A stretch of DNA of 64,000 nucleotides. Source: Selaginella moellendorffii. Lineage: Eukaryota > Plantae > Lycopodiophyta. The notes under the pieces were generated by a model. The model saw only the letters and a list, made by a program, of their open reading frames with translations. It ran no database searches and had not been told where the DNA came from. The stretch is from contig NW_003314284.1 of assembly GCF_000143415.4 (NCBI RefSeq), forward strand, positions 1,408,693-1,472,692. The letters are read 5' to 3'. Positions 35,901-46,915 of this stretch are shown piece by piece (the stretch's first letter is position 1; the number at the start of each line of letters is the position of its first letter). A program made the position numbers and the translations under genes.

Positions 35901-38900
35901 CTTCTTGTTGAAGGACTCCAGACTTTATAAAGCGTGAGGAACATGGGAAGGCATATGCTCCTTGTAAGCATATATACTACATCTTCATTAACATCTTGCA
36001 CCAAGATCCTAAAGTGGATATTCATATACACCAAATAAGCTTTACTATTGTTAAGTTCCAAAAAAATTTTGGAGCTAACTAGATTTCTCTAACACTATCG
36101 ATGTTTATTCTCTATCAATAATTTAAGTTTATTATACTTTATATAATTAATAAAAAAGTATTTTTTCACTTTTCATTTTATATACTTCTGAGTGTTCTTT
36201 TTGCAATACTGCCCATAGTACTTGTATGTCTCCATTTCTGTCTTTACCATCTCAAAAAAGATTTCATGGTAATCTTTCGGGTGCGTGATGTTGCAAAGTG
36301 TTACGAGAGCATATATACCATCATATTGATCATTGCCATCGTTTTCACCAAACACTAGAAAACATATAAAGCATTTCTTGAAAGTGGTAAAGGGCATTAT
36401 TTTTCACCTAATTTGTTATGCCCTTTGTCATTGCATTTATCTCTAACTCATGATTACTATCCTTATTATCCTCTCTTTCATTCTCTTATATAGTTTAGTT
36501 ATATTGTGCAATGGGATAGTTATTGCATCTCCTAGCCCTTGAACCCTGGGAAGAAAAATTGTGAGAGTAAAAATTACCAACACTAGAACTTACAAACATT
36601 TGTGTGTATTTCCCTTTTTTCAAATAAGAGTGTGAATAAAGATCTATAAATTTTAAACAGTATATTATGATAAACCCCTTATTCTAGAAAAGAACCAAGT
36701 CTTTCTTTTATATGCAATAAGCTCATATTAACAGTTTTTTTTTTCTTTCAAATGGTTATATGGTTTTACATAGAATCTTATTTCAAATTTAATAATCTTT
36801 TAATTCCAATAAACCTACCATTTACTAGCCAGACAAAATACAGATTTAAGGAAGTGACAAGAATACTTTTTCTGCAAGCATCTTATTTTATATTATAACA
36901 AACATCCCTATTATAGCATGTAGTAAATATTTAAATTGTTAGAATAAGAAGTGTCCTTTAGAACATTTTTATCTATATAATATGTAAAGAGTTATGAAAT
37001 TATTAAGTTTGCCATAACCTTAATATTTTAAATTTTTTAATGTTTATACAATTAAAACTTTAGCTCAACTCACGAGCTCAACTTTTTAACTTGTGAGCTC
37101 AAGTATGGTCTACACTCCTAGAAATCAAGTAGGGGACTTTATCATTTAATGCATATACCTACAAGTTCTATGATCTTTACCTTAGTCTTATGGGCATCTA
37201 TAATGAATTGCTAAAGGTGTAATGTTTCATCAAAGGTTTAAATTTAGTGGATGTGTAACAAAAGGTCAAAAAGGATTTTTTAATAATGTTGACTAATGCT
37301 ATTACTAAGTCTAAAATCTTTTTGTGAAAACCACTTGTCAACTCAATGGTCAATGCAATGATCAACAAAGAAGTCAACATAATGACCAATTAGCTCATTC
37401 AGAGAAAAAATAGCCATTGCTACATTAGAGCTTAAAGAATGAAGATAGCAATGAGGCAAAGAAATTTCATTCAGACCAATGAGAGAGGAATAAAGTGGAG
37501 GGTAATTATTTTTATTGCCACAAAGCTAAACATCAAGGCAAGGATTATTTGTTTGAAAGAAGAATACTAAAGTGAATGTGGTGGAATCTATTTCACATCC
37601 TGTGGTGAAAGTTTCAAGTTCATATTAACTTTGTAGAGCTCAATGGTGCTATGTGCAATCAATTTATAAAGGCTAAAGGAGACACTCAAAGTAGTGCAAT
37701 TAATATTCTTTTCAATCTAAATGCTACATATAACTTTTTGATTTTCAAAGTGGTGAAGAAACTTAGTTTGCATATAGAAAAGAACTCAATAATCTATAAA
37801 GTGGTTGTAACAAATGGATGTAGCACTCATGTTTATAGTGAATAGGCTTTGAGTATTCTTTTGACCGTTTAGGGGTTCCTTGACCATCCTTTATTCTAAG
37901 TTATGGATTTTAGTCATATATATTATTCTTGGGAAAGAAGGGTTTATGACAAGAAGCTAGGGATCGATTGGGAGTGCAATGTTCAGCATATCACAATTGG
38001 TGGCACTGTGAAAGAGATTGTTAGAACAGAGAATAGTGATACTTGATTGATTAATGCTTTGAAATAGAAGGAGTTCCATAACTTATTTTCAGATGAGTTT
38101 CCTGATGGTTTGCCCTTGGAACATAGGATTTAACATAAGATCAACTTAGTTCCTATAATTACTCTTTATCATTGACAGCCAACTGATACTAGTCCTATTG
38201 AAGATGAGGAGATCAATAAGTAGCTTGTTGAATACCTTTGAAAAAGGTGGTTAGCAAATAAGTAAGTCTCAAGTAAGTCATCTTAGTCTACTCCAGTGAT
38301 GATGGTCAAGAAGGAAAACAGTACATAGTATGTGAACTATAAGGGATTGAATGAAAGAATGGTGAAAAATATATTCCTAATTCTTCATTTCAATGATTTA
38401 CTCGATCATCTTCATAGTGCTTGATATTTTATAAAGATTCATTTGAGGCAAAGGGTATTATTAGATTTGTGTTAAGCTGGAGGATATTCTAAAGATTGCA
38501 TTTTGGATGAGGACGGATGACTATGAGTTTTTGGTAATGCCATTTGGTTTGACAAATGTTCTTATGACTTTTCAGAAGTTGATGAAGCAAGTTTTATAAC
38601 CTTACTTGGAGAAGTTTGCAATCAATTATTTAGATGATATTTTAGTGTTTAGCTCTACAATGGAGGAATATGAGATGCATGTGCAAAGTGTTTTGCAACT
38701 CTTGAGAGATAATAAACTCTACTCAGTTATTCAAGTGCAAGTTTTTCTTAGAGGAGATTGGATATTGTGGGCATTTGATTTTAGTGAGTTAATACTGCAA
38801 AGATCTAAGTTATCGTTTATTAGCTTATACTTTTGATAGTGCATGATTTTTGTAGTTTCCTTAGTATAGCTGGAGTTTTTCATCGATTTGTGAATAACTT

Positions 38901-40939
38901 CTTAAAGATAGTTGCTCCCTTGATCAATCTTCTTTAGAAAATGTTAAAACATGCTACTATTCATGGTTGGGATAAAAAGTGTCAAATGATATTTCAATGA
39001 TTGAAGTAGTGTTGTGCCTTTGCTCTCGTATTGAAGCTTTTTTATCTTAAGAAGCCTTTAGTGGTCAAAATAGATGTGAGTGATATTGCTATTAGGGTTG
39101 TATTGCTTCAATTTGGGCATCCTCTAGCATACATGAGCCATAAGTTTGATGCCACACAATGGAATTTGAAATAAGGAGTTACATGTTATGATCATTGTTG
39201 TAAAGGAATGGCAACATTATCTATATAAATCAAAATTCTATATAGATTTAAATCATTAGTGTCTCCATTATTTCAGTCATCAAAAGGATCTTTGAGGCTG
39301 CCAAAAGTTTCTATAGGAAATATCTGTTAAGATCTGGTACAAACATGAGGTGACAATAAAGTGTTTAATACATTATCCAAGATGGTAAATTCTACCTCGT
39401 TTGTGAAATTATTTAGTGATTTCTTGAATAAGCTTAAGGGCTTTGTTGACTTCAACCCCTTTATCATTAATATTTGCATGAAGGTTTTATTGAGGGACAC
39501 CTCCATAGATTTGAAAAATGATAGAGATATGAGATGATAAACTCATCAAAAGGATTTTTGTTGAGTGTTATAATATGCCAAGTGATGGACATCTAAGGGT
39601 ATTAAGGACATATGTGTTGGTAAAGAGGCATTTCTTTTAGCCTGGGATGAAATTAGATGTTGAGAAGTATATATGTGATTATTTGACCTACCAGGTGGTC
39701 AAAGTTAATCATCAAAAATTTACTAGCCTTTATCATCCTTTACGTGTATCCAAGGATAAGTGGGATAGCATTTTGATAGATTTTATATCACTAGTTTATT
39801 TAAGACCTTTTGAGGAAATGATATTATTTGGGTTATTGTGGATTGTTTAATGAAGATGGCTCACTTTTTCTTAGTGAAAATGACAATTAAAGGTTCTGAA
39901 CTTTCTTAATTATTTGTAAACCAATTATTCAATCTCTATGGTTTGTCAGGTGACATTGTGAGTGATTAAGATCCCAAATTCACATCTAAAAGTTTTGGCA
40001 AATAGAAGCTAGAGACTAGGTTGAGCATAAGTAGTGGTGAACATCTATAATTAGATGGGTAGACAAAACACATGAATCAACTATTAGAAAATATGATAAA
40101 GTTTTTATAGGAAACTTGACTCAATAAAGTGTATGGGAGAAGTAATTACTTTTACTTCAATTTTCTCACAATAACACTCATCAATAGGTTATTAGCATGT
40201 CTCCATTTATTGCAATGTATGGCTATAAGCTAAAGCCTCCTTTAGGTTTGAGCTTAGCTTTGGTGCCTTATACTTGTGATTTTCTGGAGGATATGTAAGA
40301 CAAGTTTAAGTTAGCAAAATTGAATATAAGACAAGTTCAAGATTGAGACAAAAAAATGGCTAATAAGCATTGTGTAAGTGACTAAATTTTCCATTCTACT
40401 TTAATCACTTAATCACACTTTTGACCATTTAATGGAGTCTCACTCACAACCTCTATAAGTCTTATTCCTAACTTAGAGATATGTTAGCCCCATGAATGAC
40501 ATCTATACCATGTAGCCTTTACATTTAGTCCAAGTGTTTCATGCATCTGATCCCATGATAGACACCTTAAAGGTACTACTGACATCTCAATCTATTATGC
40601 TAAAGCCATATCCATTTAACTCTGTCTCATTGGTAATCCAAGACCACCCATGCCATAATCCTATCTTTCAAAGATTGGGCTATCTATCCATGAATGGTCA
40701 TCCTAAGACTACATATTAGCATCCTTAAAATGCTCGAAGACATGGGGAACACCCTTCTGTGATACACAAATCCTTAAGCCCCAAAGTGGAGCCGAGGTGA
40801 AAGCCAAACAAGTGTAATAGGTTTGGATTAAAAAGCTCCAACTTGAAAAGTCGAGAGCAGGAGTGGAACTCCCAACGAAGGGCTCGAGGAATGAGCCTGA
40901 AGCAAGCAATAAATGAGTCTCTAAAAACGTGGAAATATC

Positions 40940-41470
40940 GAGATAGAGTCCGAGATGTACCGAAGATGGAGTCTGAGATGGAGTCCAAGATGGAGTCCGA
41001 GATGGACCCAAGATGGAGTCCGAGATGGATGTGAGATGGAGTCTGAGATGGACCTGAGATGGAGTCTGAGATGGACCCAAAGTGGAGTCCGAGATAGACC
41101 CGAGATGGAGTCTGAGATGAACCCGAGATGGACCCGAGATGGACCCGAGATGGAGTCCGAGATAGACCTAAGATGGACCCGAGATGGAGTCCAAGATGGA
41201 CCCAAAATGGAGTCTGAGATGGAGTCCAAGATGGACCTGAGATGGAGTTCGAGATGGAGTTCGAGATGTACTCGAGATGGAGTTTGAAATGGAGTCTGAG
41301 ATGGACCCGAGATGGAGTCCGAGATGGACCTAAGATGGAGTTTGAGATGGAGTTCAAGATGGAATTAAGACTAAGACCGAGACCAAGACCGAGACCGAGT
41401 CCGAATCCAAGTTCGAAACCGAGACCAAGACTGAGTCCAAGTCTAAGTCTGAGTTCAAGTCCGAGTCTAA
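40940..41470 (+). repeat. 12-bp minisatellite (GAGATGGAGTCC-type) inside the LTR; inverted copy at 42445-42690, degenerate copy at 47715-47830
   Basis: Tandem GAGTCCGAGATG/GACCCGAGATG units visible directly. Confidence 0.9.
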
Positions 41471-41657
41471 ATACTAATACAGGCTGTTGGGTGAAAGCCC
41501 AAAGCGATCGTCCCCCAGGGGAGGGGCAGCTGCAAGGGGTTCCAAAAGTATAGTAGAGAGAGTGTGGGGGTTGGACCCCAGTGGAGCCAATTTGGCCTAG
41601 GAAGGTTGTACCCAAGTGTTAGGTGATGAGATAACCATTGGGAAGTCCAAAGCTCGA

Positions 41658-44600
41658 TGTAAGCCACAAATTTTTCCTTTCCAATTTGCTAGCTTACCTC
41701 GTCTATTCAACCAACACTGCCTTGGCTTGTGTTAAGTTCCCTTGCCAAGGTTCCTACCTATTGTACCAACTCCTACTTGGTTTTAGCTACTCACTGCACG
41801 AGTAACAGAGTGTTAGCCATCCATCTACGGATTCCCAATTCTCTCCCAATCCCCCTCCCTGAGTTAGACTGGACTTAAGGTTCGGCTACATTCCCCGCAG
41901 GCACAAGAAGCCAAGCACACCAAGCCTCCAGGTTCCTAACACCCCTTGGTACAACAAGACTTGATTATGGGACCCTCTAAATCCCAAGTCTTTGGTGCAA
42001 CACTTGCTTCGGGACATCAGGGCGAAACACTGTGGCCTAACGGCCCGGTATGGGTACCTCTACCCCTCCACTTCCATCCCAAAGGGAAGGCCCAAGCCCC
42101 TAGGAAGGGCGAGGACCAATGAGCCACAAGGTACTCACGTGGGGCACCACTCCACATGAGCCGGGAGCACCGCAGTCGGTTTCCCTTTCAGGAGTGGGAG
42201 CTACTCTTGAGCACTTCCCTGGGTGGCCCCTCCGGCACCACCCAAGCCCATGCTCACTCCCACCCAAGGCCCCTCGGCCCCAGTCTCAACCTCAAGTCAG
42301 TTTGGAAGCACCACTGGAGAGTTCCTTCAAGACTGGTTCCTGGACCTCACTATCCCTACTATACTTTTGGAACCCCCTGCAGCCCCCCCCCCCCTGGGAG
42401 ATGCACGTTTTGGGCTTTCACCCCTTGACCCATATTAGTATTTGGACTTAGTCTCAGATTCGATCTCGGACTCGATCTCAGACCCGACTTCGGACTCGGT
42501 CTCGGACTCAATCTCGGACTCGATCTCGGACTCGACTTCGGACTCGACCTCGGACTTGGTCTTGGACCCGATTTGGATCTCGGACTCGGTCTCGAACTCG
42601 GTCTCCAATTCGGCCTCGAACTCGATCCCGGACTCTATCTCGAACTCGGTCTCAGAGTCGGTCTTGGACTCGATCTTCGACTCGGTCCCATTCGATGAAC
42701 TCTTTGTCATTTCAGTCATGTTTTCGGGGATCCTTTAGCCTACGACACTTCGGGGAGTCGGTTCCTTACAACTCCACCACCCATAGAAGAAGTTCGATGC
42801 CCACATTGAACGTCTCTTTTTATCCTACAACTTGTTGACCATGTCTCCAGGGGCATCCCCCCACTTAGCGGTGTGCCTAAGTTAGCCTCCCCAGCCAAGA
42901 GTCCATGACAACAGAGTATAGATGTCCCTCCACTCCTCACCTCACCACGCCATAGTACAGGGTCAGGACTTGAACCCAACCTTGCTTTACTAGGGGGTTG
43001 GGACTCGAACCCAACCTCCGTAAAATACGTCTACGGATTCGACATTCCCGCGGGGAGTTGGGCGTAGTGCCCTATGCTTGGTCAACCGAGCTAACCCATG
43101 CTAGTTAGCTTACCTTCGGCGCGCCTTCGGGTCCCAACATATGTTATTGCTCAACTTCCCAAATTGATACTTTTAATTAAACTTTGTATAAGTACATAGA
43201 GTTTTGCCTTGCAGAAATTTCTCCACTAGATCTTGCGCGTTCGCTAGGTTCTGCTCCGGTTCCCATGTTGCTTCGTAGTGTGGAAATCCTTTCCACTTCA
43301 CATGGAACTCTCTCACCTCGCGTCCTTGTCGCTTGCTCTTGCGTGCATTAAGGATGGCCTCGACTTCGTATTCCTCTTCCCCTTCGATAACCTCAGGTAA
43401 AGGTCTTACTTGGTCCTGGTGAAGCAGATCCTCAAAATATGGCTTAAGTAAGTTCACATGGAACACGGGATGCATCTTCCCCATCTCTCGAGGAAGTTGG
43501 AGACGGTAAGCCACTTTACCGATTCGAGCCTCAATCTCGTAAGGTCCCGCGAACCTGCTTAAGGAACTCAAGATCAATTCATTTACAGGAATACATGCAT
43601 TTTTACCTTTGGGTCAACTTCCGGCTAATCCCACTTGGTAGCCTGAGGTTCTTGGTGTTCAGCCACACCTTCTCCCCAACTTGGAACTCTACATCCTGGC
43701 GCTTCTGATTTGCATACTTAGTTTGCCTTTGTTGAGCTCGTTCCAAGGAATCCCTCACTAGATTCCAAATGCTAAGTCTTTCCGCCGTGAATGCCTCCAC
43801 TGCAGGTAACTTTCCATGATACTCGGCCATGCCGAGTTCCACAGGACCTTCAATAGCTCGCCCATTGATGACTTCCCATGGACTCACCCTGATGCTCGAA
43901 TGTGGTGAGTTGTTATAACACATTTCCGCAAGTCCCAAATGACTTACCCAATCAGTCTGGTCTCCCAAAACATAGCATCGCAAATAATCCTCCAACTGCC
44001 TATTCACCCTTTCCATTTGTCCGTCTGTCAAGAAGTGTTAGTGCCATCAATCTTGACTTAACACCCATTACCTGTCTGTGGGTGATAAGCTGTGCTGAAT
44101 TTCAACTTGGTGCGATACTGTTCTAGGAGTGTCCTCCAGAACCTACTGGTGAAGATCTTATTTCGATCTGAGATAATCTCTTCCGGCCTTCCCCACACTC
44201 GAACCACTTGTTCGAAGAACAGCTTCGCCACACCTTCCGCATCCACTTCTGTTGTGGTGGGTATGAAATGTGCCATCTTCGAAAATCGATCCACCACCAC
44301 GAATATCGCATCGAACCCCTCGCTTGGGAGAAGTCCCATGATGAAGTCCATTGTAAGACATTTCCACGGACGATCTGGAATTGGGATGCTTTGTAACAAG
44401 CCCCCACTAGCCTTAGTCACGGCTTTGACCTACTGACATGTTGGACATGTCTTTACATAGTCTTGGACATCCTTAGCCATATCTAGCCAGTGGTACTTCC
44501 TCTTGAGTAAGCCCATTGTCTTGGGCACTCCGCCGTGTCCCACAAGAGGTCCGTCATGACACTCTTCTAAGGCTACCTTCCTTAGTTCCCCTTCTGGAAA

Positions 44601-46915
44601 ATACACCCTCGTTTGCTTGTAATATATGAGTCTGTTACGTTCTGCATAGCCCGTTTTCTCTTCCATTGGCAGCTCACCTCTCTGGTGAGCTTCCCGTGAA
44701 TCTAGATTCCTCAGCAACACTTCTTGTGCTAGACCATCGTTCTCGTATGCGGTCCACACATCATCCCAAAAGGTTGCCGTCGCGCTAGATATAGCCAACT
44801 TCAAGCTCGCTTTTCGACTTAGCGCATCTGCCACGATGTTGCTCTTCCCAGGCTTGTACAGAATCTCGCAATCAAACTCAGCCAAAGCATTGGCCCACCG
44901 ACCTTGTTTTCCCCTCAGGTCGGGCTGTGACAAGAAGTGTTTTGTTGCCACATTGTCCGTGTAAACCTTGAAGTGTCTCCCAAGGTAGTGTCGCCACTCC
45001 TTGAGCGCCTTGACCACCGCAAACAATTCCTTCTCATGGGCAGGCCACTTCCGTTGAGCCTTGTCCAACTTCTTCAAGAAGAACGCTACTGGATGGTTGT
45101 CTTGCTTCAAAACTGCGCCCAACGCAAAGTCCGGAGCATCCGTTTCTACCTCAAAGTTCTTACCAAAGTCTGGTAATGCCAACACGGGAGCCTTTCTCAA
45201 CTTCCCCTTGAGGTGGACGAATGCTGCCTCGCATTCCGCTGTCCATACCATCTTCCATTTTCCTGTTTGGTCCGTTAAAGGCAGGGCTACTCTCGAATAG
45301 TGTTTGATAAACTTTCGATAGTAGTTGCATATCCCCAAGAATGCCCTTAACTCGTGTACATTCGATGGTCGCTCCCAATCCTAGATCGCTTGGACCTTCT
45401 CAGGGTCCACCTTGAGCCCGTCCTTGCCCACCACATGCCCGAGAAACTTTACCTTTTGCTGAGCAAAGTCACATTTGCTCTCTTTAGCATACAGCTGGTG
45501 TTCCCTTAGTTTCTCAAACACCTTCGTCAAGTGTTTGGCATGCTCTTCTAGCGTTTCGTTATAAATCAGGATGTCGTCAATATAAACGACCACAAAGTGA
45601 TCCATATAGGGTACAAAGATATGGTTCATCAACGCTGAAAATGTTGCTGACACATTGCATAGCCCAAAGGGCATCACTAGAAACTTGAAGCTCCCATACC
45701 TCGTTCGACAGGTTGTTTTCTCGACATCTTTCTCTGCTACCCTGATTTGGTAGTATCCTGACTTTAGGTCAATCCTCGAGAAGTATTTTGCCTTTCCCAA
45801 CCTATCGAACAAGTCCTCAATCCTTGGCAAAAGGTACTTGTTCTTCTTTGTATATTTGTTGAGCAATCGGTAGTCTATGCACATGCGCATAGATCCATCT
45901 TTCTTTTTCACAAATAGCACCGGTGCCCCATACGGTGACTTGCTCAACTTAACATACCTTTTGTCCACCAACTCCTCTAGTTGGCGCTTGAGCTCCGCAA
46001 GTTCTTTTTTGTTTAAACGATAAGGGGGACAAACCACCGCCTCAGCACCCTCGACTAGCTCAATCTTATGTTCTATCGGTCATGCGGGGGGCAACCCCGC
46101 CAGTAGCTCCTCTAGCATGGTATCCCGGAATTGGTCCAACACCCGCTAGATCACTAAAGGTACTTTTTCCATTTCTGTCTTTTTGTCACTTCTCACCGAG
46201 AGTAAGCACAAAAATGCCACTTGGGTCCCTTTAGTGAGTTGTCCTCTCGTGGACACCAGGTTTAAGCACGAATCTTTGGCCTTGCATTGCCCTACCTTTA
46301 GATCCTGGGCCTCCACCTTGGATTTTCTTCCTTGGGCATTCGCCAGTACCACAAGGTTCCCACCTTGTCTATGTAGGGCTACCATGAACCGATTGAACCA
46401 ATCCATTCCGAAAATCACGTCAAATTCCGCCATGTCCAACATGGTGGAAATCCATGTCTATTTTCCATGTCCCTACTTCGACTCTCGCTTATCGAAGTAC
46501 CTCATCGGTGCTTTAGCTACCTTGAACAAACTCTATAGTCCTTGGTTTGCCTAGCCGCTGCACCGTTAGTCCGGCTTGCCGGACTATGTCTGCAGCCACA
46601 AAATTATCCGAAACACCCGTGTCAATAAGGATCTTAACAAAGCTACCTCCAAGCTTCCCTCAGAGGGCTAGTAGATGTCGCGAACAACTCTCTACCAAAG
46701 TTGCTCGTGTAATAAGTAACTTTGAATTAGGGACTGGATCACATACCTCAATTTAGACTTCACCCGACTTGATGGCCATATTGGCTCTGGCCTTCTTTGG
46801 GTAGGGACATTCCCTCAAAAAATGTCCCGCTTCACTGCAGTTGTAGCATACGTTGTTTCCCACGTTGCTATATAACTTGACCTTCTTATCCATGGGTTTG
46901 TCTGTTTTCACTTGA
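41658..46915 (-). mobile_element. 5'-truncated chromoviral Ty3/gypsy element with 3' LTR 41658-42770
   Basis: Gag knuckle CYNCSEAGHFLREC (~46810-46850), protease IDTG, RT YIDD (45381-46037), RNase H/integrase (44430-45338, 44058-44420, 43603-44031), GPY plus chromodomain EYEVEAIL...VKWKGFPHYEATWEPEQNL (43173-43577). PPT ATGGGTGGTGGAGT precedes an LTR with TGTAAG..CTTACA ends. Contains stops and frameshifts. Confidence 0.92.

Noticed and set aside
26300-37200. Terminal inverted repeats for the MTase/transposase element
   Set aside because: No convincing TIR or TSD could be found by eye in the AT-rich flanks, so the element's boundaries remain undefined.
40709-42738. Long S/R/W/E-rich ORFs on both strands, and a possible CRISPR-like array
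   Set aside because: These are by-products of a 12-bp LTR minisatellite. There are no unique spacers or cas genes, and the context is eukaryotic.
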